From: an uncultured Chloroflexia bacterium
GTDB lineage: Bacteria > Chloroflexota > Chloroflexia > QHBQ01 > JADMIH01
DNA: 64,000 nucleotides
Assembly (NCBI GenBank): GCA_963797095.1
Contig: CAWCNY010000002.1
Span: forward strand, 576,001-640,000
Reading direction: 5' to 3'
Numbering within the stretch: the stretch's first letter is position 1; each line of letters begins with the position of its first letter. Both the position numbers and the translations under genes were made by a program. Below, one piece after another: positions 29,591 through 39,874 of the stretch. The notes beneath the pieces were generated by a model that worked only from the letters and a program-made list of their open reading frames with translations, did no database searches and had not been told where the DNA came from.

Positions 29591-30820
29591 TTGGCAGAGT
29601 TGAACAAAGTTGCGATCTTTACCAAAGAGTATCCGCCCTATGTATATGGCGGCGCTGGGGTGCATGTGGAGTACCTTTGCCGCGAGCTATCGCGCCTGGT
29701 GCCCGTTGAAGTACGCTGCTTTGGCGACCAGGATATTCACGAAGGCAACCTCACGGTTAGGGGCTACAGGGAGTGGGGTGAGGCCAAACAAAACACCGAT
29801 CCGCGCTTCGCTGGCGCGGTGGACGCCTTCGCGCGCGACCTTGCCATGGCTAAGGACAACCTCGATGCCGGAATCGTGCACTGCCACACATGGTACGCCG
29901 ATATGGGCGGCCTATTGGCGGGCACGCTGTGGGGCGTACCCTACGTGCTGACCATACACTCTCTGGAGCCGTTGCGCCCCTGGAAGGTGGAGCAGCTCGG
30001 CAACGCCTACCACCTCAGCGCCTGGATGGAACGGACGGCCATCGAGCAGGCAGACGGTGTGATCGCGGTTTCCAGCGAAACGCGCGAGGATGTGCTGCGG
30101 CTCTTCAACGTCAAGCAGGAGAAAGTGCACGTCATCTACAACGGCATCGACCCCGACGAGTACCGCAAGACCGACAAGACGGACGCGCTGGTCCGCTACG
30201 GCGTCGATCCAGACAAACCTTTCGTGCTCTTCGTGGGGCGCATCACTCGCCAGAAGGGAATCATCCATCTGGTCAATGCGGTGCCTTACCTGGACCCCTC
30301 TTTGCAGGTGGTGTTGTGCGCGGGTGCCCCCGACACGCCGGAGATAGGGCGGGAGATGGCCGAACGGGTGCAGGCTGTAAGCGCGGATCGCCGGGGCGTG
30401 ATCTGGATACAGGAGATGCTAGCCCGTCCCGACGTGATCCAGATGTATTCGCGCTCGGCTGTTTTCTGCTGCCCATCGGTGTACGAGCCTTTCGGCATTA
30501 TCAATCTCGAAGCGATGGCCTGCGAAACGGCGGTAGTGGCCTCGGCGGTCGGCGGCATTAAAGAGGTGGTTGTGCCCGGCGAGACAGGTGTGCTGGTTGA
30601 CCCGCACTTGCGAGAGGGTACATTCGACCCTGAAGACCCAACACAATTCGCCCGCGACCTGGCCGAAGCGATCAACCGCGTGGCGCTGGATGACAAACTC
30701 CGAGCCGAATACGGTCATAACGGCAGACAGAGGGTGGAGGAGCACTTTAGCTGGGCGGCAATCGCCGAGCAGACACTTGCGCTCTATCGCACCCTGGTTG
30801 AGCAGGGTAAGAAGGTGTAG
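29591..30820 (+). CDS. glgA: GT4 glycogen synthase of the actinobacterial GlgA/GlgM type
   Basis: TKEYPPYVYGGAGVHV, HCHTWY, HSLEPLRPWK, GRITRQKG, SVYEPFGIINLEAMAC; TTG start after AAAGGGG. Confidence 0.9.
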   Translation: MAELNKVAIFTKEYPPYVYGGAGVHVEYLCRELSRLVPVEVRCFGDQDIHEGNLTVRGYREWGEAKQNTDPRFAGAVDAFARDLAMAKDNLDAGIVHCHTWYADMGGLLAGTLWGVPYVLTIHSLEPLRPWKVEQLGNAYHLSAWMERTAIEQADGVIAVSSETREDVLRLFNVKQEKVHVIYNGIDPDEYRKTDKTDALVRYGVDPDKPFVLFVGRITRQKGIIHLVNAVPYLDPSLQVVLCAGAPDTPEIGREMAERVQAVSADRRGVIWIQEMLARPDVIQMYSRSAVFCCPSVYEPFGIINLEAMACETAVVASAVGGIKEVVVPGETGVLVDPHLREGTFDPEDPTQFARDLAEAINRVALDDKLRAEYGHNGRQRVEEHFSWAAIAEQTLALYRTLVEQGKKV

Positions 30821-31058
30821 GAACCGAAGCTTACAGACAGAGTCTAGCGGCGATAAGATAAAAACATCTTCAAGCCGTTTGAGGAGGTGATCTATCTAAT
30901 AGATGTGCAAGGCTCGGTCTCCGCCGCCTGTAAAGTCTCCAGGCATTATGAGGGCATAAGTCTTGCTGCCCTCTAATGGTCGATTAGGCTGGATTGCTGT
31001 TGCCGGCAAAGCCGCTAACCGGCAGCCTCAACCCTCCTGTATAGGTCAAAGAGGAGGT

Positions 31059-31841
31059 ATGTCGATGAACGGAAACAGAATGAGCACCGCGACCATTATT
31101 CTTATAGTGGTAGCGGCCCTTGTTGGCTTCTTCTTCGGCACCGCTATAGATGCCGAAATAGGCAGCGTGGTGATTACCGGTAACGTGCTTTGGGGGCTTG
31201 TCTTCGCGGTGGTGTCGGCAGCCCTGGCCTACCTGGTCAGCACGCGCACCGACCGCACCGAGGTGACAGTTGAGGAGAATGGCTTGAGCCATTTCCTGTT
31301 CAAGGACCCGCGCTCAGGCGTTCTATGGCTGCCCGTGCGTGTCTTTGTGGGCCTCGATTGGGTGACTGCCGGCCTGCACAAATTAGGATCGTCCAGTTGG
31401 ATGAACGGTGGTGACGCCCTCAAGGGATTCTGGCAGAATGCCGTAGCGGTCCCCGATCCCCCCGCACACGCAGCTATCACCTATGACTGGTGGCGCAATT
31501 TCCTGCAGAGCCTGCTCGATAGCCAGGCTTATACCTGGTTCGGACCAGTGATCGCAGTAGGCGAAACATTGGTGGGACTGGGCCTGATCTTCGGGGCGCT
31601 GGTTGGAATAGCTTCATTCTTCGGTATCATGCTGAACACCAGCTTCCTGCTGTCAGGCTCGACCAGCAGCAACCCTATTCTACTGTTGCTCGGTATCTTG
31701 CTGATCCTGGCATGGAAGGTCGCAGGATGGATCGGGTTAGATAGGTGGCTGCTGCCTGCCCTCGGCACACCCTGGCACAAAGGCGCGTTGCTGGGCGGCA
31801 GGGTCGCAACACCCGCCCCGTCTGACTCCGGATCAGGGTGA
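31059..31841 (+). CDS. DoxX/TQO-family membrane protein
   Basis: LWLPVRVFVG..W..AG..K, GETLVGLGLIFG, AGWIGLDRWL; AGGAGG RBS. Confidence 0.8.
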   Translation: MSMNGNRMSTATIILIVVAALVGFFFGTAIDAEIGSVVITGNVLWGLVFAVVSAALAYLVSTRTDRTEVTVEENGLSHFLFKDPRSGVLWLPVRVFVGLDWVTAGLHKLGSSSWMNGGDALKGFWQNAVAVPDPPAHAAITYDWWRNFLQSLLDSQAYTWFGPVIAVGETLVGLGLIFGALVGIASFFGIMLNTSFLLSGSTSSNPILLLLGILLILAWKVAGWIGLDRWLLPALGTPWHKGALLGGRVATPAPSDSGSG

Positions 31842-33311
31842 TGAGTAGTTTCTAACCAGGGCGCGCAGAACCGCGCCTCTGCCCACTGCCCCAAGCAGCC
31901 TGCCGGATGCATCAACTACTGGTAATAGCTTAATCTCGCGCTGCACCAGCAAGCGCACAGCTTCGCCTATCGGGGTGCTGTCGAGGGCTGTCACCACGTT
32001 TTGGCTCATGATGTCAGCGGCTGTGCGTATCTGCATACGGTAACTATCTTGCTGCGCAGGAAGCACTTCGCGCTGCTGTTGTGGGGTGAGCCGCCCGAAC
32101 GGAATACTCTCCCTCAGCATACGCAGCAGACCGGGCCTGGTCTGTGCGTGCTCCCTCATGACCAGGTCCCGGTCGGCCACTATGCCGACCACATGCATGT
32201 GCTCCCTGCTGTCTACCACAACCAGGCGTCGCGGGCAGGGTGGGGTGATCAGCATCTCCACCACTTCGTGGTGGATTGTACCGGCTGTCACCACAGGAAC
32301 GTTCCTGTCGAGTATGTCGCCGAGGCGAATGAGGCGCTGGGGTTGCTCGTTGGTCAGATCTTCGCCATCTATACCTGCCTGTGGGAAGATGCTACTTGCT
32401 GCTTTCAGTATATCCAATCTCCCGATTATGCCGACCATCCGGTCAAAAGAGTCTACCACCGGGACACGTTTTATTCCCTTTTCCGCCATCAATTGAGCGG
32501 CCTCCAGGGCTGTCGTTTGTGGCGAGATAGTGACCAGAGGGCCCGTGCTCATGAGGTCGCGGGCCAGCAGATGAGAGGAACGCAGGTCACCCAGGATCTC
32601 CTGGAAACCGCTCTCCCCGCTCGCCTCAAGGGCCTCAAGTATGCTCAATCTGTACGGCAACCGGCCCTTTTCCATGAGGTCCCCATCGGTTATCATCCCG
32701 ACCACTCGATTATCTCGGTCCACCACCGGCAGGGTCTTGTAGTACTTGCCGAGCAGCATCCGGACTACATCTGCCGCCGAAGTAGCTGGGTGTACGTATA
32801 CAACATGCCTCTCCATGAGATCCGCCACTGACGGTGGCGGGGTGCTCGGTGCACCGGGCGAGCCAAGCAAGCTGCCTGTCTGGCGCTTACCTCCGGGCAA
32901 GCTGGGGTGCAGGTAGCGATGGGCCTCAAGGTCCTGGACGGTGATCAGCCCGCCATTTACGCGCACCATAGCCTCCAGTAGCGGGAGCATCGGTTCCACC
33001 CGCCAGGCGGCATCCACGATGATAATTACCAGGGGCAATTTCTGCTGTAGATCGGCGAAACCGGAGGTCTGTATCGTGTGGCTGGAAGCGCTGTACCCGG
33101 CCAGCCCTTTGAGAACTGTAGCTCCCGCCGAGTTATGCTCTCTGGCTAATTCGAGGATCTTCAGGTAGAGGGGCTTGCGCTCGTAGTGGTCGGTCTCGCT
33201 GATAAAGATCGTCAATTGCTGCATCCGCTCGTAGCCATATCCAGGCTTTTGTTGTGAGCTCGTTTGACCGGAGCCTTCTTCTTGATCCGGCTTTTTAAAA
33301 TCATCGATCAT
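31833..33311 (-). CDS. DUF190 (PII-like) domain fused to four CBS domains
   Basis: LTIFISETD...GATVLKGLAGY...LPLVIIIVD, then LPVVD..VGMIT.GDL, RVPVVD, LVVVD, LLPVVD CBS motifs. Confidence 0.85.
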   Translation of the reverse strand: MIDDFKKPDQEEGSGQTSSQQKPGYGYERMQQLTIFISETDHYERKPLYLKILELAREHNSAGATVLKGLAGYSASSHTIQTSGFADLQQKLPLVIIIVDAAWRVEPMLPLLEAMVRVNGGLITVQDLEAHRYLHPSLPGGKRQTGSLLGSPGAPSTPPPSVADLMERHVVYVHPATSAADVVRMLLGKYYKTLPVVDRDNRVVGMITDGDLMEKGRLPYRLSILEALEASGESGFQEILGDLRSSHLLARDLMSTGPLVTISPQTTALEAAQLMAEKGIKRVPVVDSFDRMVGIIGRLDILKAASSIFPQAGIDGEDLTNEQPQRLIRLGDILDRNVPVVTAGTIHHEVVEMLITPPCPRRLVVVDSREHMHVVGIVADRDLVMREHAQTRPGLLRMLRESIPFGRLTPQQQREVLPAQQDSYRMQIRTAADIMSQNVVTALDSTPIGEAVRLLVQREIKLLPVVDASGRLLGAVGRGAVLRALVRNYSSP

Positions 33312-33324
33312 CGTTCTATGTGCC

Positions 33325-33417
33325 TCATAACTTCCTGCGGACCATGCCTGAAGAACGCCGTGCGCCCAGGATCATAGCACCTACGATCCTACCTGATGCC
33401 GTCCACAAAGCATTCGT
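33325..33417 (-). pseudogene. Possible internally deleted crcB/fluc remnant
   Basis: ACG-NALWTASGRIVGAMILG...GMVRRKL* directly upstream of DUF190; loosely resembles the Fluc N- and C-termini. Speculative. Confidence 0.3.
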
Positions 33418-33533
33418 TATTAGCAGTGTAAATATAACACCGCAACGATGCAAAGCGAAACCCTTAATTGTGGGGTTGTGTAACCTTTGTTTTGCAGGCA
33501 ACTCACTGAAGTAACGAGTTGTGCCACACGGCT

Positions 33534-34397
33534 TTACCGCAAATTGAGCAGCGTCGGCAGGCTTCCCGCCGCTTGCTCTACGCTGCGTGCAGGCGCTTTA
33601 AATTCATCCCCGCGCGGCTCGTCCGAGTACCTGTAGTCATATTTACGCACTACTTCGGCCAGTTCTGCTACGGTCCTTTCCATCCTGGCTCGCTGGGCTT
33701 GCACAAGCACCCTCACGAGTGCATCAGAGGCAAGCAGACGCAGCACCCTACGAAAGTGCGGCAGGCAGAGTCCCACCTCGTGCTTCCGGTACGCTTCCCT
33801 GAATTCGCCATGTGTAAGCCCCCTGGCAAACGCATCGGCCAGGTCCTTCTCTCGCTTGACGGTGTATTCGCACGCCGGGCAAGGCGCTTGAGGCTCCAAT
33901 GCTGCCGCCAGTGTGGGGCCAACATCCAAATCTCTGCGGCCATTGCCGCTATTGCTGAGAAACTTCTGCAACTTGTCCATAAAGCTCTCGTCGCCCGTAC
34001 CCGCAATCACCTCATCATCATTCTTCCGGCTGCCTGCTTTACCCGATGGAGCAACATACACTTGCAAGACATCCAGCACATGGCTCAGCACATCGCGCCA
34101 GATTATGGCCGTGCCGAGCGTATCTTGCAGACGCAGCCATTCCTGCCCATGTACCGCGCAGTAGCCTAATGCCTTGCGTAACCCGGCCCTGATATCCAGG
34201 TCATTTACGCTCTCGTATGAGATGCTATCCAGGTAGTTGACCACTCCTTTGTGCACAAGGTGGCAGATGGGGCAGTGCGCGCCCCGTTGTTGCAAAGCCC
34301 GCAAGAGGTTGGATTCGGTTTGGTTCATAGAGCCATCCGCACCGGTAGATAATTCCCCATCTCTATTCCGGCTTGCGTTATCACGGCTTGCTGTCAT
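33534..34397 (-). CDS. DUF6062-like protein with duplicated CxxC...CxxH motifs
   Basis: CPIC...YESVND..R...GYCAVH; CPAC...GLCLPH; KYDYR. Confidence 0.72.
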   Translation of the reverse strand: MTASRDNASRNRDGELSTGADGSMNQTESNLLRALQQRGAHCPICHLVHKGVVNYLDSISYESVNDLDIRAGLRKALGYCAVHGQEWLRLQDTLGTAIIWRDVLSHVLDVLQVYVAPSGKAGSRKNDDEVIAGTGDESFMDKLQKFLSNSGNGRRDLDVGPTLAAALEPQAPCPACEYTVKREKDLADAFARGLTHGEFREAYRKHEVGLCLPHFRRVLRLLASDALVRVLVQAQRARMERTVAELAEVVRKYDYRYSDEPRGDEFKAPARSVEQAAGSLPTLLNLR

Positions 34398-34887
34398 AGT
34401 TACCACCTACCTGCTTCCCATCTGCCTGTGCTACAGGGCGATGTTGCCCGTGATGGAACAGCACCTTATCCATCACGAGTACAAGGTATATAAGCTCCTC
34501 AATCTCAGGGTCAAGCGCCGGTGAAAGAGCAGGATTTACGCTGCCGTACCGCCGTAGCTTATGCGATCTGGTATCTTCCAGGTTAGCCCACATCTCAACC
34601 AACCTGCCGTGCGCCTCTTTCGCCAGGTCAGCCGTTTCAGGTTCGAAGCCGAACCTGCCGGCAAGTCGCTCTATAGCTGCGCGTGCCCTCAGCACCAGGC
34701 CCGCCAGGTGGGCACGTTCTTCCGGGGTCAGGGGATTGACGACCGAAACCATGATCCCTTCCCTTGTCCCCTCTGGTTCTGTGCAAAGCTGCTCCACGCT
34801 GAATAATATCCGCTCAAGCATACGAAGCGTGACGCTTACCCCTTGAGCCTGATATGGAGATAAGATGGCGGAGCCGGACTCTTCCAT
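34381..34887 (-). CDS. Hypothetical alpha-helical protein (first gene of riboswitch operon)
   Basis: ATG 34887 after AGGAAG; overlaps the start of the next gene; WANLED...KLRRYG motif. Confidence 0.65.
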   Translation of the reverse strand: MEESGSAILSPYQAQGVSVTLRMLERILFSVEQLCTEPEGTREGIMVSVVNPLTPEERAHLAGLVLRARAAIERLAGRFGFEPETADLAKEAHGRLVEMWANLEDTRSHKLRRYGSVNPALSPALDPEIEELIYLVLVMDKVLFHHGQHRPVAQADGKQVGGNYDSKP

Positions 34888-34914
34888 ACTGCACTTCCTG
34901 CATTCGCAACAAAC

Positions 34915-34952
34915 AAAAAAGCCTCTACCACTGCCGCAGGCAGTATAGAAGC
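34915..34952 (-). terminator. Intrinsic terminator of the riboswitch expression platform
   Basis: Minus strand GCTTCTATACTGCC-TGC-GGCAGTGGTAGAGGC-TTTTTT overlaps the aptamer 3' pseudoknot strand. Confidence 0.8.
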
Positions 34953-35009
34953 CATCAGGACCTTGTCCGAGCAGTTGCCACAGGAGCAACTACGGCGGGC
35001 CTCATCACC
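34946..35009 (-). ncRNA. Fluoride (crcB motif) riboswitch
   Basis: Minus strand GGTGATGAGGCCCGCC...AACTGC...CTGATGGCTTCTA; P1 and the GAGGC/GCTTC pseudoknot match the crcB consensus; followed by a terminator. Confidence 0.85.
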
Positions 35010-35055
35010 CGGTCAAGTTGTGTGCGCTTACCGCATACAAATCTCCCCTGGCAAT

Positions 35056-35085
35056 AGTCTACGGCAAGAAACGTGCCCCCGTCAA
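35056..35085 (-). promoter_or_regulatory. Sigma70 promoter driving the riboswitch transcript
   Basis: TTGACG-N18-TAGACT on the minus strand, about 45 nt upstream of the aptamer. Confidence 0.6.
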
Positions 35086-35103
35086 GGCGATTGCTGCGCG
35101 TTG

Positions 35104-35146
35104 TTCACCTGATTACACCCGATTTGTCACCCGCTGCCTGTAAGAT
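35104..35146 (+). promoter_or_regulatory. Direct-repeat regulon promoter (eno)
   Basis: TTCACC 35104, TACACC 35114, GTCACC 35126, 9-nt gap, TAAGAT 35141. Confidence 0.65.
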
Positions 35147-35178
35147 ATTTTCGGTTGCACACTGCACCTCTGCCCTGA

Positions 35179-36552
<1,374 letters not shown>

Positions 36553-36628
36553 ATTAGAGCTGATAAACCGAGTTGCGAGTTGCGAGTTTTTGGTACAACC
36601 TCCCGCTTCCCTAAGCGGTCCTATTATT

Positions 36629-36682
36629 GCCACCGGGCGTTCACCTCCGTTTACCACCCGTTCCACCTTCATCCTTTAGATT
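36629..36682 (+). promoter_or_regulatory. Direct-repeat regulon promoter (SQR-like gene)
   Basis: GCCACC 36629, TTCACC 36640, TTTACC 36650, TCCACC 36662, 9-nt gap, TAGATT 36677. Confidence 0.7.
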
Positions 36683-36704
36683 TGATACTGGAGGCCCACA
36701 CGTG

Positions 36705-36781
36705 GTAGTTGGCAGTCGGTAGTCGGTAGTCGGATCTTCGGGCTAAATACTCGTCACCCGTCACCCGTCACCCGTCACTCG
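36705..36781. repeat. Heptamer tandem repeats (TAGTCGG)n and (CCGTCAC)n
   Basis: Direct reading of the sequence; a (GAGTTGC)n tract also lies at 36570-36588. Confidence 0.8.
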
Positions 36782-36808
36782 CTTCCTTCTCGCAATCAGA
36801 TATATGTC

Positions 36809-38096
36809 ATGAAGAATCTGACTTAAAGGAAAGCCCAGGATCATAATATTAGGCGGAGGCTTTGGTGGTCTAGAGGCCGCTCTCTATCTGCGAGCACGCA
36901 TGCCCGATCAGGCCGACATCACCATTGTTTCCGACAAAGACTACTTCCTCTTCAAGCCCAACACCATCTACATACCTTTCGGCCTCGACCCTCGCAAGCT
37001 CCTCGTTCATCTATCGAAGCCTGTCCAGCGCAGAAACATAAATCTCATCAACGCCAGCGCCCGCGAAATAGACCCCATCTCCAGGCGCGTCTATTTCGAT
37101 AGCCACACCGACCTCCCCGACCTCTCGTACGACTATCTCGTAGTCGCCACAGGCGCGGAGATGCGTCCTGGTGCCATCCCCGGCATGAGCCAATACTCCC
37201 ACACTATCAGCACCACCGCCGACATGCTCCAACTGCGCGAGGCCTTCCACCACCTCCTCGACGACCCAGGCAGAGCGCGCACACGAAAAGTGCTATTCCT
37301 CGTCCCGCCCAACAACAAGTGCTCCGGCCCCCTCTACGAAATGGCGATCATGCTCGATACCTGGCTCAAGCGCAAGAGAGCGCGCCATCAAATAGACATA
37401 ACCTGGTCCACATACGAGGAGAGCTACCTCCAGGCTTTTGGCCCCCGCCTGCACGAAGTAGTAACCCGCGAGTTCCAACAGCGCAACATCACCGGGTACA
37501 ACAGCTATGTGGTCGACAGAGTAGAAAAAGGCCAGGTCGTATACAAAAACGACCAGAGCCTCCCCTTCGACCTGCTGGTCTCCTTCCCACCTTACGAAGC
37601 CTCATCGCGCTTCCTCCATCTCCCCATTGACGAGCGCGGTTTCATAGCCACCAACCTCGAATCAAGGCAGGTGGTCGGCTATCCCGGCGTCTATGCCGTG
37701 GGCGATGCCTCCGACTTCCCCGTAAAACAGGCGTTCCTCGCCTTCCTGCAAGCCGATGCCGCCGCCGACCACCTGAGCGCCGAGATACTTGGCACCGCGC
37801 CCGCTGTGGCGTTCGAGCCTTCCAATCTCTGCATCTCAGATGAGTCCGACGACTACCGGCTACCGGCTACAGGCAACTCGGAACCTGGAACTCGGAACAA
37901 TGAACTCGGAACAATGCGCCCTGATGTCAACCATCTGTACAAGGTAGGCTCGTCGCCGATCTGGCGGCTTGGCAAGATGGCCCTGGGCCTCTATCTACCC
38001 TGGCGTTTCAAGGCAGACAACCCCTTCTACGCCAATGTCCCCTGGAAAGGGATCGAGGCGGGCGTCAAGCTCATGTCGGGTCCGGCGTCTCGCTAA
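36809..38096 (+). pseudogene. Sulfide:quinone oxidoreductase-like FAD-dependent oxidoreductase, frameshifted near the start
   Basis: The dinucleotide motif KPRIIILGGGFGG (36831-36869) lies upstream of the track start. ATG 36809 joins it only if one T at 36823-36824 is removed. KCSGPLYE and YAVGD are SQR-like. Confidence 0.7.
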
Positions 38097-38121
38097 TTCT
38101 CAACGAAATATATCGCCTCCA

Positions 38122-38175
38122 TTAACGCAATTTCTACCTATTTTCACCAATTCTTCTACCTTAAATCTTCATACT
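38122..38175 (+). promoter_or_regulatory. Direct-repeat regulon promoter (cyd operon)
   Basis: TTAACG 38122, TCTACC 38133, TTCACC 38143, TCTACC 38155, 9-nt gap, CATACT 38170. Confidence 0.65.
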
Positions 38176-38374
38176 GAATGTGGCCTGCTCGCCTGGCTTG
38201 AGCAGGCTGCTTAATTGAGGCATGGTCATAAATACCAATTACGCACAATTTGACGCTCACGATGTGGTCTGAATAGAGCCAAAATACGCGGTTCGGCTCA
38301 CTATCTGATCCGTCGCCACGCGTGAAAAATGAATTATGACCATGCCTCGCTTAATTCTTCTAAGGAGGCGCAAC

Positions 38375-39769
38375 GTGAGTGCGTTGGATTTGTCCCGGTG
38401 GCAGTTTGCCATTACCACCATTTACCACTTCTTCTTCGTGCCGCTTACCCTGGGCCTGTCTCTGCTCGTTGCAATCATTCAGACCCTCTACTTCCGCACC
38501 GGCAACGATACCTATAAGCGTATGGCTCGCTTCTGGGGACGGCTCTTCATAATCAACTTCATCCTGGGTGTTGCCACGGGCATCGTGCAGGAGTTCCAGT
38601 TTGGCATGAACTGGTCTGAGTACTCCCGCTTCGTTGGCGACATCTTCGGCGCTCCCCTGGCGATCGAAGCTCTACTCGCTTTCTTCCTCGAGTCCACCTT
38701 CATCGGCATCTGGGTGTTCGGTTGGGACAAACTCGGCAAGCGCCTGCACCTCGCCTCTATCTGGTTGGTGTGGCTCGGCAGCAACATCTCCGCGTTCTGG
38801 ATCCTCGCGGCCAACTCCTTCATGCAGGAGCCTGTGGGCTACACGATCCGCAATAGCCGCGCTGAAATGACCGATTTCTTCGCCCTCCTGGGCAACCCCA
38901 ACCTGTGGGTGCAGTTCCCCCATGTCGTGATGGGCGGCATCGCCACCGCTGCCTTCTTCGTCCTCGGCATCAGCGCCTATCACCTCCTGCGCAACCGCCC
39001 CGGCACCGACACCGATTTCTTCCGCCGCTCAGCCGTTGTCGGCATCGTCGCCGCCGTCACTGGTAGCATCCTGGTGGCTATGGTAGGCCACACCCAGGGC
39101 CAGCACATGGTTGAAACGCAGCCGATGAAAATGGCCGCTGCTGAGGCTCTCTTCACCGACGAGTCGCCCGCAAGCATGTCTATCTTCACCATCGGCAACG
39201 AGCAAGACCGTACCGATGTCTTCTCGATCCGCATACCCAACCTCCTCTCGATCCTGGCCTACAACCGCCCTGAGGGACTGGTCCAGGGCATCGACACTCT
39301 ACAGGCCGAATACCAGCAAAAGTATGGCCCCGGCGACTACGTGCCCCAGCCGATCTGGCTCATCTATTGGAGCTTCCGTGCGATGGTCGGTGCTGGCGTG
39401 CTGATGATCCTGCTAGCCATTCTCGCCCTCATATTCTTGCTGCGAGGCACGCTGGAGAAGCGGCGCTGGCTCCTGTGGCTCCTCCCCTTCGCCATCGCCC
39501 TCCCCTACATCGCCAACACCGGCGGCTGGATCATGACCGAGGTTGGCCGCCAGCCCTGGATAGTAAACGGCCTGCTGAGAACCGCCGATGGCGTGTCGCC
39601 CATCGGGGCAGGCTCCGTGCTCCTGTCGCTGATCCTCTTCACGGTCATCTACGGGGCGCTCGCGGTGGTCGATGTTTACCTGCTGGTGAAGAATGCCGGG
39701 GCCGGAGGTGCCCAGAGCGCGCCAACAACCGAAGCAGGCGCCGAGCCTGAGCTGGTTGGAGCTTATTGA
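38375..39769 (+). CDS. cydA: Cytochrome bd oxidase subunit I
   Basis: LSRWQFA...HFFFVP, QEFQFGMNWS, QPMKMAAAE, EVGRQPW; GTG start after AGGAGG. Confidence 0.97.
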   Translation: MSALDLSRWQFAITTIYHFFFVPLTLGLSLLVAIIQTLYFRTGNDTYKRMARFWGRLFIINFILGVATGIVQEFQFGMNWSEYSRFVGDIFGAPLAIEALLAFFLESTFIGIWVFGWDKLGKRLHLASIWLVWLGSNISAFWILAANSFMQEPVGYTIRNSRAEMTDFFALLGNPNLWVQFPHVVMGGIATAAFFVLGISAYHLLRNRPGTDTDFFRRSAVVGIVAAVTGSILVAMVGHTQGQHMVETQPMKMAAAEALFTDESPASMSIFTIGNEQDRTDVFSIRIPNLLSILAYNRPEGLVQGIDTLQAEYQQKYGPGDYVPQPIWLIYWSFRAMVGAGVLMILLAILALIFLLRGTLEKRRWLLWLLPFAIALPYIANTGGWIMTEVGRQPWIVNGLLRTADGVSPIGAGSVLLSLILFTVIYGALAVVDVYLLVKNAGAGGAQSAPTTEAGAEPELVGAY

Positions 39770-39874
39770 TATCAACAAAGGGCTGCTAAGGGGTGCGGAG
39801 TGTCGCCCGACTTTCCTCCTCCTGATTACAGCCCTTTCGGAAGGGATTGGTAATAGACCAAAGGAGTTAACGCA

